This document shows positions 28,142-39,962 of a stretch of DNA of 64,000 bases, piece after piece. Both the position numbers and the translations under genes were made by a program. The DNA is from Spirochaetaceae bacterium (lineage in GTDB: Bacteria > Spirochaetota > Spirochaetia > DSM-2461): the NCBI GenBank assembly GCA_051531975.1, contig JAOPTT010000002.1, forward strand, positions 537,968 through 601,967, in the 5' to 3' direction. Under the pieces are notes generated by a model, which saw nothing but the letters and a program-made list of their open reading frames with translations, had not been told where the DNA came from and made no database searches. Every line of letters begins with the position of its first letter. The stretch's first letter is position 1.

Positions 28142-31138
28142 TTGAAGATTCAACTGCGATTAATGCTTGTAATTGTACCTGTAATAATTTCTATTTTTTC
28201 AATAATATCAATAAGTACAAATATCATCTCAACTTCTGCACTAGAGGAGCAATCAAGGAAAAATGCCAAATTACTTAGTTATAGTTATTCCGAACAGTTA
28301 AACTCAACAATTGAGCAGTATCAATTTATAGCCAGGGATCTAAGTAGTGCAACATTAACTGCAATAAATGTAGAGGATACATTACAAGAGATAAGAAAAC
28401 GATATCCACAGTTGATTCAGGTATTTTATACATCCAATAAAGGTAAAGTTTTAGATATGGCTCCCTACAATTCTGAATATTTAAATGATAGTTTAAATGA
28501 AATTAGCGCCTGGAAAAAAGCTCATGATACTAAATCCACAGCAATATCAGAACCTGGTTATTATTTTGATAACAGGTCGGTAATTATTTTTTCACCAGTT
28601 ATTTTATCGTATGTGGAACATCAGGAATCAACTGTAGAAGGTATGGTTGCATTGGTGTTACCACTTGATGAGATATTTATAAAATTAACAGACCTATCTA
28701 TCGCAGAATCAGGCTCTGTATTTGTTTTAGACAGTCATGGAACTATTATTCACCATAAAAACAGAGATCATATATTCAAAAATATATTAAAAGTTTTTCC
28801 AAATTCTAATGCACTAATTAATATTTCAAGTGCTATGGTTGATCAGAAAATTGGTTTTGCAACTTATGTAGATGTTAATGAGAGAAAATACATATCTTTT
28901 TCACCTATACCAACTATGCGTTGGTCTTTAGGAATTGATGGTTCATACAATGAAATTAATTCTAATATAAAAAATATAACCCTTATAAATTTTATTCTAG
29001 TCTCAGTAGGAATTATTTTAGGAATAATAATTCTCTATTTTGTAGTACATACAGTTGTTTCTCCTATAGAAAAACTTACAATTATGACAAAAGAGATTGG
29101 AAAAGGGGATTTCCAATATAGAATACCCATTGATATAAACAGAGGTAAATCAAAAAATGAGGTTTTAAATCTTACCCATGCTTTTAATAAAATGTCTGAG
29201 GAATTAAACAATAATTTTATCAATTTAAACAATGAGATTTTAGAGAGAAATAAAGCTGAAATATCTCTCTCTAAAGCCCAAAACTACTTAAGTAACATTG
29301 TGGATTCTATGCCTTCTGTTTTGGTGGGTGTGGATATCTGTGGAAAAGTAACACACTGGAATATAGCAGCAGTAGATTATACGGGTATTACTGATAAAGA
29401 GGCCCATCAGAAGTTATTATCCGACTTATTACCTGTGATCGATAATGACATGAATATAATTTTCTCAAGTATTAAAAATAGAGAAGTTATACATATACAG
29501 GAGAAATCTAAACAAACTGACGATGGTTTAAAATACGAAGATATTACAATATATCCACTTGTTGCAAATGGAATTGAAGGAGCTGTAATTCGTTTAGATG
29601 ATGTAACAGACCGGAGACTTGTTGAAGATGAATTAAAAAAATACAAAATACATTTGGAAGATCTCGTTGATAAAAGAACATCGCAGTTAAAAGAAGCTAG
29701 AGTAGAAGCAGATGTTGCAAATAGGGCAAAGAGTGTATTTTTAGCAAATATGAGCCACGAGATAAGAACTCCACTGAATGCAGTTTTAGGATTTAGTGAA
29801 CTTTTATCTTCTATAGTTCAAAGTAAGAAAGAAAAAAGTTATTTAAAAGCCATTAGAACAGCAGGGAAATCACTATTCACTTTAATCAATGATATTCTAG
29901 ATCTTTCAAAAATTGAGGCTGGGAAGATTGAAATTAATAAATCTCCGGTGGATTTACGTGGACTTATACAGGAAATCAGTCATGTCTTTCTACTACAGAT
30001 TGAAAAGAAGAATGTGAAATTAACAATGGATATCGATAATAATATTCCAACAATTGTCATCCTGGATGAAACACGAATAAGACAAATCTTAATTAATATA
30101 ATTGGTAATGCCGTAAAATTTACAGATGAAGGCTCTATAGAAATAATCGTAAAATGTATTAATAAGGATACTGAAAAAAGCACGTTGGATGTTAATATTG
30201 AAATTAAGGATACAGGTATAGGTATTGATCTAGAAAATATCGAAACAATATTTGAGTCCTTTAAACAACAGGATGGACAAAATATAACAAAGTTTGGCGG
30301 AACAGGTCTTGGTCTATCAATTTGTAAAAAGCTTTTAGATCTCATGAATGGCAACATCTCAGCAGTTAGTAAAATAAACAGAGGCAGTTCATTTATTATA
30401 AATCTTTTTGATCTTAACTATTCAACAAATAGTAAAATTGTAAAAGAGCAATTAGAACCAACAGTATCCGCTCAATTTCAGGAAGGAAATATTTTAGTTG
30501 TAGATGATATTAAATCAAATAGAGATCTATTATATGAGGTTCTTACTAATATGAATTTACATGTGGATACAGCTGTAAATGGTGAAGAAGGCGTAACTAA
30601 AGCTATTCAAAATCCACCAGATATTATACTTATGGATATTAGAATGCCGGTTATGGATGGTATTGAAGCAACAAAAAAGATCAAAAACAATGAACTTACA
30701 AAAAATATACCTGTTATAGCAGTAACAGCATCATCTTATGCTTTAAATAGAGATGCTATTATGACTAAAGGATTTGACGGTTTTATTGCTAAACCCATAA
30801 ATACAATTAATCTTATTGATGAGTTATCTTTATATCTAAAAAACATAGTTATTGATGGTAATAAAACATTGGAAATTGATGTTGCAGAAAAATTACCCGA
30901 AGTTCAAAAAATATTAACTGAAGACTTTATTCCAAGATGGAAAATGTTTCAAACAAAACAACCAATTAAAGATGTAAAATTATTTTCGGCTGATTTAAAA
31001 GAGTTAGGTTTAAAGTATAAATCAACCTATTTAGAGGAATATGCAGAAAATATATTATTAAGTCTCGATAATTTTGATATCAGTTCTATGAAAGAGGCTC
31101 TGGATAACTTCCAGAATGTTATTAAAAAAATTGGGTGA
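28142..31138 (+). CDS. Hybrid sensor histidine kinase (dCache, HAMP, PAS, HisKA, HATPase, REC)
   Basis: Two TMs flanking Cache; [37 protein letters not shown] start with GAGG RBS. Confidence 0.92.
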   Translation: MKIQLRLMLVIVPVIISIFSIISISTNIISTSALEEQSRKNAKLLSYSYSEQLNSTIEQYQFIARDLSSATLTAINVEDTLQEIRKRYPQLIQVFYTSNKGKVLDMAPYNSEYLNDSLNEISAWKKAHDTKSTAISEPGYYFDNRSVIIFSPVILSYVEHQESTVEGMVALVLPLDEIFIKLTDLSIAESGSVFVLDSHGTIIHHKNRDHIFKNILKVFPNSNALINISSAMVDQKIGFATYVDVNERKYISFSPIPTMRWSLGIDGSYNEINSNIKNITLINFILVSVGIILGIIILYFVVHTVVSPIEKLTIMTKEIGKGDFQYRIPIDINRGKSKNEVLNLTHAFNKMSEELNNNFINLNNEILERNKAEISLSKAQNYLSNIVDSMPSVLVGVDICGKVTHWNIAAVDYTGITDKEAHQKLLSDLLPVIDNDMNIIFSSIKNREVIHIQEKSKQTDDGLKYEDITIYPLVANGIEGAVIRLDDVTDRRLVEDELKKYKIHLEDLVDKRTSQLKEARVEADVANRAKSVFLANMSHEIRTPLNAVLGFSELLSSIVQSKKEKSYLKAIRTAGKSLFTLINDILDLSKIEAGKIEINKSPVDLRGLIQEISHVFLLQIEKKNVKLTMDIDNNIPTIVILDETRIRQILINIIGNAVKFTDEGSIEIIVKCINKDTEKSTLDVNIEIKDTGIGIDLENIETIFESFKQQDGQNITKFGGTGLGLSICKKLLDLMNGNISAVSKINRGSSFIINLFDLNYSTNSKIVKEQLEPTVSAQFQEGNILVVDDIKSNRDLLYEVLTNMNLHVDTAVNGEEGVTKAIQNPPDIILMDIRMPVMDGIEATKKIKNNELTKNIPVIAVTASSYALNRDAIMTKGFDGFIAKPINTINLIDELSLYLKNIVIDGNKTLEIDVAEKLPEVQKILTEDFIPRWKMFQTKQPIKDVKLFSADLKELGLKYKSTYLEEYAENILLSLDNFDISSMKEALDNFQNVIKKIG

Positions 31139-31155
31139 TTTATAGGAGATTAATA

Positions 31156-32124
31156 ATGGAAAGAGTATTCCGAATTTTAATAGTAGATGATGAACCAAAA
31201 AATATACAACTTCTTGGATCTATATTAAGTAAATACCATTTCGAGGTAGAGTTTGCTATCGATGGTAATTCATGTTTAGACTGGGTTTCCAGTAGCCATT
31301 TTGATCTGATTTTATTGGATGTCATGATGCCCGATTTAGATGGTTACACTGTTTGTAGAAAAATTAAATCAGACTCTAACAACAAAGATATACCTATAAT
31401 TTTTCTTACTGCAAAGGTCGAATCTGATGAAATCATACAAGGTTTTGATGCTGGTGGAGTGGACTATATTATAAAACCATTTAAAACCTCAGAACTAATG
31501 GCAAGGATAAATGCACAATTACAAATAGTTGAAATGAAAGAAGCTCTATTAGAAAAGAATATTTTATTAGCTAATTTAAATAAAGAATTGAATATTGCAA
31601 ATGAAAAACTAGACAATCTTTCTAAGACTGATCCTCTAACTGGGATTGCTAATAGAAGATATATGGATGAAGTTTTAAACAAGGAATGGAAAAGAGCAGT
31701 TAGAAATAATTCATCCCTATCTTTTATAATTTTAGATATTGATTTCTTTAAGTTATTTAATGACAATTATGGGCACATCAAAGGTGATGAATGTTTAAAA
31801 TTAGTAGCTAATCAGCTAGACCGTGAAATTAAGCGTTCTACAGATTTAGTAGCACGATTTGGAGGAGAGGAGTTTGCAATTATTCTTCCAGAAACTGAAG
31901 ACGTATTAGAAACTGCAGAGAACTGTCGAAAAGCTATAGAAAATCTTCAAATTCCTCATGAATTTTCTGAAAGTTTAAATGTCGTTACCATTAGCGTCGG
32001 GGTAAGTACTGTAATCCCAACTAAAGATATGAATGTACATAAATTGATGGACTCAGCGGACAAAGGCCTTTATCGTGCTAAAGAGAGTGGTAGAAATAAA
32101 GTTGAGAGTCAAAATATTAAATAA
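31156..32124 (+). CDS. Response-regulator diguanylate cyclase (REC-GGDEF)
   Basis: ILIVDD, LLDVMMP, KPF; DPLTGIANRR, RSTD I-site, RFGGEEF; start at ATG 31156 with AGGAG RBS. Confidence 0.92.
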   Translation: MERVFRILIVDDEPKNIQLLGSILSKYHFEVEFAIDGNSCLDWVSSSHFDLILLDVMMPDLDGYTVCRKIKSDSNNKDIPIIFLTAKVESDEIIQGFDAGGVDYIIKPFKTSELMARINAQLQIVEMKEALLEKNILLANLNKELNIANEKLDNLSKTDPLTGIANRRYMDEVLNKEWKRAVRNNSSLSFIILDIDFFKLFNDNYGHIKGDECLKLVANQLDREIKRSTDLVARFGGEEFAIILPETEDVLETAENCRKAIENLQIPHEFSESLNVVTISVGVSTVIPTKDMNVHKLMDSADKGLYRAKESGRNKVESQNIK

Positions 32125-32215
32125 TTGACAATTATTTCCAAAGTGATATCCTTATGTATATATCTCAATACTATTCTGCAAGATATTACTAAAACATCGA
32201 CAGTAAGGAAAGATC

Positions 32216-34870
32216 ATGAAAAGCACAATTCCAGATTCTGAAACAACTGAAAAACTAAATCTTAAAAACAATGATCGCTTGGAGAATGTACTTCGTTGCT
32301 TAGAAACAGGTGCTTGGGAAATGGATTTAGAATCAAATCTGGTATGGCGTTCATTGCAACTCGACAAAATATTTGGGTATACCGAACCTATAAAAGAGTG
32401 GACTTTCAACATATTTATTGGGCATGTTGTCGACGAAGATAGAGACATGGTAAATAAAATATTTAGAAAATCTATTTCAGAAATAACAGATTGTAAATTC
32501 GAATGCAGAATTAATAAAGTAGATGGAAATATTTGTTGGATATTGGTAAAGGGAAGTCATGAGGTAATCAAAAATAAAAAACCAAATAAGATGTTTGGTA
32601 TCGTCCAGGATATCACCGAAAAAAAGATTACAGAAGAGAAAACACAAGCTACAGAGGCCAATTTAAAGAGTACTTTTGATCTATCCCCAAGTATTATTTG
32701 CAAAGCAAATTTAAAGACTGGATATTTTGTTGAAGCAAATCAAGCAGTAACCAGAATTCTTGGTTATTCTGTGGAAGAATTTACATCTAGGCCATTTATT
32801 GAATTTATTCATCCAGAGGATCAACAAAAATCAACTGATGAAAAGATTGAACAAATAAATGGTAAGGAAGTTACTTTCTTTGAAAATCGCTATTTATGTA
32901 CTAATGGCTCTTATACTTGGATGGCATGGCATGGTACAAAAGCAGATAAAAATGGGATTGTAAATGCTATTGGAACTGAAATTACCGACCGAAAACACTT
33001 CGAAGAAGCTTTAAAAGAGAGTGAAGAGCGGTTCAGGACCATTTCTGAAAATGCACCTGGGTTAATAAACTCATTCGATGCAGATGGTAAATGTCTGTTT
33101 TGGAATAAACAATGTCAAAAAACCTTTGGGTGGACTTTAGAGGAGATTAACCAACATGATTCTGCAATGCCACTATTCTATCCAGACCCTACCATTTGTG
33201 AAGAGGTATTAAACAGTTTTATTAATGAAAAAGACGGAATTTTTAAGGAGTGGCATCCGGTTACGAAAGATGGAAATATACTCAGTATAATGTGGGCAAA
33301 CTTCAGTCTACCTAACGGTCAAGTATTTAGTATGGGACATGACATCACAGAGCGTAAACAGACAGAAGAGTCCCTAATTAAATTAAAAACTGCAATTGAA
33401 ATATCAGAAGTTAACGTAATAATTACAAATAATGAGGGTCTCATTGAATATGCCAATCCATATTTCACAAAATTAACAGGTTATTCCCTTTCAGAAGTTA
33501 TAGGGAAAAATCCTCGGATATTAAATTCTGGTTTTCATCCTAAGGAGTTTTATGAAGATATGTGGAGTACTGTTAATTCAGGACAAACTTGGGAAGGAGA
33601 ATTTCGTAATCGGAAAAAGAATGGGGATTTATATTGGGAGAAAGCTATTATTTCCCCAATTCAAAATGAGACTAAGATTATAACTAATTATGTAGCAATT
33701 AAAACAGATATTTCAGAAGACAAGAAGATAGAAGAACAATTAAGACAATCTCAGAAAATGGAAGCTATAGGACAGCTTGCTGGAGGCATTGCCCATGATT
33801 TTAATAATATGTTAACAGGAATAATGGGTTGTGCCGAAATAATTTCTACACAAGTAGCTGATGATCAAGAATTAAGCAAATTTGTAGATTTAATAATGGA
33901 TACATCAATGCAAGCTGCAGAGTTAACTAAAAAATTATTATCATTTTCTAGAAATGTAACACCAGTTAATAAGATTTTTGATATTCATGAAGCTATAGCA
34001 AAAACATCCTCTATGTTAGAAAGAAGTATAGATAAATCAATTTTAATAAAATCTAAATTAAATGCAAATAACTCTATGATAAATGGAGATCAATCTTTAA
34101 TAGAAACTTCACTTCTGAATTTAGGGATTAACGCCAGAGATGTAATGCCTAAAGGTGGAGAGTTAACATTTGTAACAAAGGATATTAGTTTTAATGAATC
34201 AAATAAAAGTCCAGACTTGAACATCGTTAATGGTGAATACATAGAAATTGATGTACAAGATACAGGTCTTGGAATGACAAAAGAAGTTCAAGAACGTATA
34301 TTTGAACCATTTTATACAACAAAAAAAATAGGTAAAGGAACTGGGTTAGGCCTTTCCATTGTATATAATACAATAAAAGAAAACAGTGGTTTTATTCATA
34401 TTTACAGTGAAATTGGATATGGATCAATGTTTAAAATATATTTTCCTGTAATAAAAGATGATTCTATAATTAAAGAAAGTCAGAGTCAAAAAATATTACA
34501 TGGAAGTGGCACAGTCTTAGTAGTCGATGATGAAAATATAGTAAGACTGGTTAGTTCTCAGATGTTAAGTGAATTAGGATACGATGTCTTAGTTGCAGCC
34601 GAAGGTGAAGAGTGTATCGATATATATAAAGAAAAAGAATCAAGTATAGATCTTGTTATTCTTGATATGATAATGCCAAAGATGAATGGTAAGGATGTCT
34701 TTTATAAACTAAAATCGATAAATCCGGAGGTTAAGATAATAATTTGCTCTGGATTTTCCATGGATATCAGCATAGAAAAACTTTTTGATGATGGTCTAGC
34801 AGGTTTTATACAAAAGCCTTATAAGAAACTCGATCTTTCTAGGACGGTTTCAGAAATACTAAACAGATAA
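32216..34870 (+). CDS. Cytoplasmic hybrid histidine kinase (4 PAS, HisKA, HATPase, REC)
   Basis: Repeated PAS/PAC segments ending (D/E)I(T/S); LAGGIAHDFNN, NARD, GKGTGLGL, LDMIMP. Confidence 0.92.
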   Translation: MKSTIPDSETTEKLNLKNNDRLENVLRCLETGAWEMDLESNLVWRSLQLDKIFGYTEPIKEWTFNIFIGHVVDEDRDMVNKIFRKSISEITDCKFECRINKVDGNICWILVKGSHEVIKNKKPNKMFGIVQDITEKKITEEKTQATEANLKSTFDLSPSIICKANLKTGYFVEANQAVTRILGYSVEEFTSRPFIEFIHPEDQQKSTDEKIEQINGKEVTFFENRYLCTNGSYTWMAWHGTKADKNGIVNAIGTEITDRKHFEEALKESEERFRTISENAPGLINSFDADGKCLFWNKQCQKTFGWTLEEINQHDSAMPLFYPDPTICEEVLNSFINEKDGIFKEWHPVTKDGNILSIMWANFSLPNGQVFSMGHDITERKQTEESLIKLKTAIEISEVNVIITNNEGLIEYANPYFTKLTGYSLSEVIGKNPRILNSGFHPKEFYEDMWSTVNSGQTWEGEFRNRKKNGDLYWEKAIISPIQNETKIITNYVAIKTDISEDKKIEEQLRQSQKMEAIGQLAGGIAHDFNNMLTGIMGCAEIISTQVADDQELSKFVDLIMDTSMQAAELTKKLLSFSRNVTPVNKIFDIHEAIAKTSSMLERSIDKSILIKSKLNANNSMINGDQSLIETSLLNLGINARDVMPKGGELTFVTKDISFNESNKSPDLNIVNGEYIEIDVQDTGLGMTKEVQERIFEPFYTTKKIGKGTGLGLSIVYNTIKENSGFIHIYSEIGYGSMFKIYFPVIKDDSIIKESQSQKILHGSGTVLVVDDENIVRLVSSQMLSELGYDVLVAAEGEECIDIYKEKESSIDLVILDMIMPKMNGKDVFYKLKSINPEVKIIICSGFSMDISIEKLFDDGLAGFIQKPYKKLDLSRTVSEILNR

Positions 34871-34913
34871 TAAACAATGTTCTAATGATGTTGCTTATCT
34901 TTTAAAGAACTAA

Positions 34914-35678
34914 TTACATCTTTTTGAATTTATTAAATAGTGAGTTTACTACAATTTTTTTTATCTCATCTGTAATTGTTAATTTTTCATACTCTTCATT
35001 TAGGTTAAGGTTATTTACTAATTCAATTAACTCATCTTTTGTAATAATGTTATTATCCCCTAACATATAAAGGGAACTAAAGACATTTATTAAAGAATCT
35101 GCGTCTATAAATAAAAAATTACTATAATAGTTTTTAAGAAATATTATTCTACGTAATTTACGATCTTCCTCACTGATTATTTGTTTATCATACATAAGAT
35201 CTAGCCTATTGATATGTGGTGTTACCATATCAATTACAATTTCAGGGTTTTTCAACTCCATCCTATTTGCCTTAAATACTTTTTTATTTTTTTTACAAAA
35301 AGAACCAATTTTTTGATCTTCATCTAATATATGGGTATTTAACCAAGTAAAAAGTAGGTCATGGAACTCAATAACTGTATAATTTTGATCATTTTTTATT
35401 TTTATTAAAACAGTTTGTAATTGTTTAATAAAATTTTTATGACTCTTCCTTTGGTTATCTAATCCAGGGTAAGAAATTTCATTCATTAATGCCTCTTCTG
35501 CATCAAAATGAAAACTTGTGTAGTTAATTAAATATTTTAATATATATCCAAATTCCTTAATTGTGTTAATTTTTTTATCAGAAATTGTAGTATTAAATGT
35601 ATCAATCATCTCAACTAAAACTTTATGTTGATTATCTATCTCTTCAACACCTATTTCATACTCATCTTTCCATTTCAT
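34914..35678 (-). CDS. Bacteriohemerythrin with C-terminal extension
   Basis: W...YEIGVEEIDNQH, HFDAEEALM, YPGL...H, WL..HILDED; start ATG 35678. Confidence 0.85.
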   Translation of the reverse strand: MKWKDEYEIGVEEIDNQHKVLVEMIDTFNTTISDKKINTIKEFGYILKYLINYTSFHFDAEEALMNEISYPGLDNQRKSHKNFIKQLQTVLIKIKNDQNYTVIEFHDLLFTWLNTHILDEDQKIGSFCKKNKKVFKANRMELKNPEIVIDMVTPHINRLDLMYDKQIISEEDRKLRRIIFLKNYYSNFLFIDADSLINVFSSLYMLGDNNIITKDELIELVNNLNLNEEYEKLTITDEIKKIVVNSLFNKFKKM

Positions 35679-35713
35679 AAGAACCTCTATACACAATTAG
35701 TAACATATTAAAA

Positions 35714-38305
35714 TCAATTATTCATAACCTCTACCAGTAACTGACTCAATTCATAATTTTTAAATGGTTTAGAAAGAAATCCTAAGACTCCTGATTTTTT
35801 TAGTTCGCTAATATGTTCATTTTTTGTGAAACCTGACGAGATTATGACATTACAGCTTGTATCAATCTCTTTCATCTTATAGAAGGCTTCCCTACCATTA
35901 ACTTCAGGCATAATCATATCCATAATAACAAGATCTATTTTAGCGTATTGTCTTTGGAAAATATCTATAGCGATCTGGCCATTTTCTGCTAAAATAACAT
36001 CATAACCTAACTCTTTTAGCATCTCTTTACATGTGATTCTTATTAGTTCCTCATCGTCCACTAATAGTATTGTTCCTTTTCCAGTAAATATAATTTCCGG
36101 TTTCTTTATAGGTTCAATGTTATAATGTGAACATGGAATCATAATATGAAATGATGTACCTAAATCTATCTCAGTAACAACAGTTATAGCACCACGATGA
36201 TCCTGTACAGTTCCATAAACAGCCGATAAACCCAGTCCTGACCCTTTGCCCTGTTCTTTAGTAGTAAAAAACGGTTCATATATTTTGTCTAGATACTCTA
36301 GAGGAATTCCGGTACCATTATCATTAATTTCAATTTCGCAATATTCCCCAGGTTCAATATCAAAAGAGCTGGTTTTACAGTAATTTTGATCTAGGGTAAT
36401 ATTATTAGTTGTGATCCGGATATCTCCCCCATTTGGAAGAGCATGGCTTGAATTGATACATAAATTTAAAATAGCATTTTGTAATGCTGAACTATCACCA
36501 ATAATATTGCTTCTATCTGATCTATTTTCAACAATAATATTAATTTTTTTATCAATAGTACTTTTAAGGATTTCTGTTGTTTCGTCAATTATATTATGAA
36601 GGTCCACAGCTGTTGAAGCAATATGACCTTTTCTTCCAAATATAAGAAGTTTAGATATTAAGTCAGCTGCTCGGATTGAGGCCTGTATAATAATATCTAC
36701 AAATTTAAGTCCTCTTTCATCTAGATTTCTTTTAGGGGATTTAAGGACCTCTGCCGAATTAACAATGCCTCCCAATACATTGTTAAAATCATGAGCCATT
36801 CCTCCAGCAAGTTGCCCTATAGCATCCATTCGATTTTTATGATTTAACTGTTCCTGAATCTCAAGCTTTTTTGTTACATCAAGAATCTGTATTACAGCTC
36901 CTTCTTCACCTCCCTTAAAAAGAGGATAAATAAGTATATCAAAGTATTTTGTTTTATTTTCGAGCTCAATAGATTTACTATTTTCTCTAATGACAATATG
37001 TGTTTTTATACTATCAATTATTTTATCTAAGTCTAATTTCATAAATGGAATTGCATATTTTAGAGATTTACCTTTAACTTCCTCTGCTAACTTAGATGTA
37101 ATAGTTTCTGCTGTCTGGTTCCACTGGGTTATCCTACCGTGTTTATCCACTCCTATTAAAATTGAGGGCATTGAATTAATTATACTTTGGATATATATTT
37201 GCAACTTTTTTTCATCGACCATACTCATTTCTAGGGAATGGTAGAGGCTTATGATCTTATCTTCTCTTTTTTTAATATTGTTAACCATTAATTGAAAGTT
37301 TTCGGCCAGAAGGTTAAATTCAGTGAAACGTTCAGATCTAAAAGACATTTTATAATTACCTGAAGAGACTACTTCGGTTAGTTTTATGAACTGTGTTAAT
37401 TCAGAAAATATAGATTTAAGTCTTAACTGAAAGATCAAAACTCCCAATAATAGTAGGATAAGTACAACTATTATTGCAATCACATTAATTCTGATTATTG
37501 GAGAATATATTAAACTCATAGGATAGTAAATGATTATTTTCCACCCCGTCTCTCTTATATTATTAACTGTAACTAGATATTCTTTTCCAAGAAGTTCTTT
37601 CTGTGCGGTTACTGGATTATTACTGGTTATACTCGATAGATATTTGTAGTTCTTATCATATTCCCTTCGTAAAACTCTCTGATTATCAGAATGTGCTATA
37701 AATGTCCCATTGTTATCAATTATCTCAATTTCAGCAGTTTCATCAAGCTCTAAATTTCTTATTAAATCATTAAAAGTTGAATATACTATGGTACAGGATA
37801 GAACTCCATTATGTATTGGTAATGATAAATCAACAGTAGGTAGATATATCTGCTCAGAAAGATATACGTTTGACCAGTAGGATTTTCCTGTTTCATTTGG
37901 AATTTTAAATTGTGGCTTATTTGCAAGGCTATTCCCTAATAAATTGTTATTTATAGGGGAGACTATCTTTATGCTGGAATCATTATTAATTATCATAACC
38001 TGATTAAAAATCTCATAACTTGAAACCAGGTTATCTAATTTTATTTGGATGGCCTGGTTTGAAAGATCCTTTTCAGTTTCTAAAACCTTTTTTGTATATA
38101 GTAGATTCTCAATTGTATTATCTAATGTTTCTTCAATTTTAGATGACAATATTTTAGATATTATTTCATTATGTTTTATCGCATCTTTTTTTAGATAGTC
38201 TGAATAATATAAAAGAGAGAATAATTCTAAGATGATTACAGGAATCATGACAGCAAGTGTAAAGCTGACCATGAATTCCTTTTTAAGTTCTTTATGTCTC
38301 CGCAT
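35714..38305 (-). CDS. Hybrid sensor histidine kinase (dCache, HAMP, PAS, HisKA, HATPase, REC)
   Basis: Two TMs; [25 protein letters not shown]. Confidence 0.92.
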   Translation of the reverse strand: MRRHKELKKEFMVSFTLAVMIPVIILELFSLLYYSDYLKKDAIKHNEIISKILSSKIEETLDNTIENLLYTKKVLETEKDLSNQAIQIKLDNLVSSYEIFNQVMIINNDSSIKIVSPINNNLLGNSLANKPQFKIPNETGKSYWSNVYLSEQIYLPTVDLSLPIHNGVLSCTIVYSTFNDLIRNLELDETAEIEIIDNNGTFIAHSDNQRVLRREYDKNYKYLSSITSNNPVTAQKELLGKEYLVTVNNIRETGWKIIIYYPMSLIYSPIIRINVIAIIVVLILLLLGVLIFQLRLKSIFSELTQFIKLTEVVSSGNYKMSFRSERFTEFNLLAENFQLMVNNIKKREDKIISLYHSLEMSMVDEKKLQIYIQSIINSMPSILIGVDKHGRITQWNQTAETITSKLAEEVKGKSLKYAIPFMKLDLDKIIDSIKTHIVIRENSKSIELENKTKYFDILIYPLFKGGEEGAVIQILDVTKKLEIQEQLNHKNRMDAIGQLAGGMAHDFNNVLGGIVNSAEVLKSPKRNLDERGLKFVDIIIQASIRAADLISKLLIFGRKGHIASTAVDLHNIIDETTEILKSTIDKKINIIVENRSDRSNIIGDSSALQNAILNLCINSSHALPNGGDIRITTNNITLDQNYCKTSSFDIEPGEYCEIEINDNGTGIPLEYLDKIYEPFFTTKEQGKGSGLGLSAVYGTVQDHRGAITVVTEIDLGTSFHIMIPCSHYNIEPIKKPEIIFTGKGTILLVDDEELIRITCKEMLKELGYDVILAENGQIAIDIFQRQYAKIDLVIMDMIMPEVNGREAFYKMKEIDTSCNVIISSGFTKNEHISELKKSGVLGFLSKPFKNYELSQLLVEVMNN

Positions 38306-38326
38306 AAATTATGATAACACATAAAA

Positions 38327-39424
38327 TCATCTGAATTCACCATCAATAATACTGTAAATATCATTTTCTATGATAATGTCTCCATAATTATTAAATCGTA
38401 GATCTCTTTCCAACCCAAAGAAGAGTTCTTTCTCTAATATAGTATCTTTAACTGATTCAGGATTTTGCTTATCACTGTTCTCTAGACCACTAATTAGGAT
38501 CTGAACTGCATCATATGCTAGTGAACCAAGAAATGAAGGATCTATATTAAACATATTATGATACTCTGATTTAAAAGTTTTAAAGGACTTACTTACTTCT
38601 TTACGTTTTTTTTCTAGAACTATATATAAACCTTCAACAGCTTCCCCACCATTTATAATTAGATCATTTGACATAGCCCAAGTGCCACAGTAATAATCTA
38701 TGTCAGGGTTCAGTTTCCAAATAAGTTGAGCTAATGAGGCTGTATCTATAGCATTGGTTGCAAAAAGTACTCCATCAGCTCCAGACTGTACTATCTGCTC
38801 TGATATCTTTTCAAATGAAAGAGATGAGTCTTCACCAATAGTAAGTGCAACACCTACTGTTCCACCTAAACTACTAAATTCTTCAGAAAAATATTGATAA
38901 AGAGTTTCCGTATAACTTTTATTTCCCATATCATATACCACTGCAATATTTTTTTTACCCTGGGAGCTAGCCATTTTTGCAAGAGAATTTGCTTGCCCTC
39001 TATTAGTTGGGACACCTCTTAGGAAGTTATCATCTCTATCGCTTAAATAGGTTGTACTCATTGATGGTGAAATCATTAATACATCTTTATCTTTAATAGT
39101 TTCCAAGGCTGTCTCTGCCAGACTGCTCATTAATGGACCTATAATAAAATGAACATCATCTGCTAATAATTCATTAATAACTGCTTCGGCTTTTTTAGGG
39201 TCATTTGCATCATCTTTAATTATCAGTTCAACATCTTTACCGTTTAAACCTCCACTTGAATTTAATTGTTCAATTGCAAGTTCTACAGCATTTCTAGCAT
39301 CAATACCAAGCTCAGATCTACCACCAGTTAAGGTTCCCACATAACCAACCTTCACAGGTTTGGACCCATTACAGGATAAAAAAGTTAAAAGAACTAAAGT
39401 GAATATAATAATATAATTTTTCAT
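38327..39424 (-). CDS. LivJ-like (type I periplasmic-binding fold) solute-binding lipoprotein, no ABC partners nearby
   Basis: Lipobox TFLSC; VKVGYVGTLTG, GGLNGKDVELIIKDD, IIGPLMSS, AYDA. Confidence 0.88.
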   Translation of the reverse strand: MKNYIIIFTLVLLTFLSCNGSKPVKVGYVGTLTGGRSELGIDARNAVELAIEQLNSSGGLNGKDVELIIKDDANDPKKAEAVINELLADDVHFIIGPLMSSLAETALETIKDKDVLMISPSMSTTYLSDRDDNFLRGVPTNRGQANSLAKMASSQGKKNIAVVYDMGNKSYTETLYQYFSEEFSSLGGTVGVALTIGEDSSLSFEKISEQIVQSGADGVLFATNAIDTASLAQLIWKLNPDIDYYCGTWAMSNDLIINGGEAVEGLYIVLEKKRKEVSKSFKTFKSEYHNMFNIDPSFLGSLAYDAVQILISGLENSDKQNPESVKDTILEKELFFGLERDLRFNNYGDIIIENDIYSIIDGEFR

Positions 39425-39460
39425 AAAATGCTCCTTAAATTAAAGCATAGTTCTACTAGT

Positions 39461-39504
39461 CATACAGTGCAAATTAAAGTCGCTAATTTAATTTGCATTG
39501 TATG
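39461..39504 (-). terminator. Intrinsic terminator-like hairpin after the DUF6326 gene
   Basis: CATACAGTGCAAATTAAA...TTTAATTTGCATTGTATG inverted repeat. Confidence 0.65.
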
Positions 39505-39510
39505 ATATTA

Positions 39511-39936
39511 TTAATTATTTGAAGTTTTATCATTTTCTATTTTTGGCCAGTTCCATGCAAAATAAATAATCAACAAAGCAAGAATAAGCTCCACGACGCC
39601 ATAAAAAATGTAATAGGCCCATGTCTCTCCTATCATATTTCCTATATTAACCAACGCGTATAAAGCTCCAAAAATAATGTTCAACAATCTATTGATATTT
39701 GATTTTAAGATAATTGATAACAATACCATTAACCCTGGAATCATCATTAATAAAGAAGCAATAAAAAGAGAAGTCTGAGTCACGGGGAAGGGTCCCATAA
39801 AACCATCTATAATTGATTCTAAATGTCCTGGTCGCATAAAGCTAAAAATATCACAATAAATATATAACAGCATCATAGATCCCCAGATTGCCGCTAACTG
39901 CACTTTAATATTAATTTTTGTATTCTCTCGTTTCAT
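39511..39936 (-). CDS. Four-TM membrane protein (DUF6326-like)
   Basis: LAAIW...M.LYIYCDIF.F..PG; NR.LNII.G; W.WP. Confidence 0.7.
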   Translation of the reverse strand: MKRENTKINIKVQLAAIWGSMMLLYIYCDIFSFMRPGHLESIIDGFMGPFPVTQTSLFIASLLMMIPGLMVLLSIILKSNINRLLNIIFGALYALVNIGNMIGETWAYYIFYGVVELILALLIIYFAWNWPKIENDKTSNN

Positions 39937-39962
39937 TTTACACCTCAATTGTTTTTAATTTT

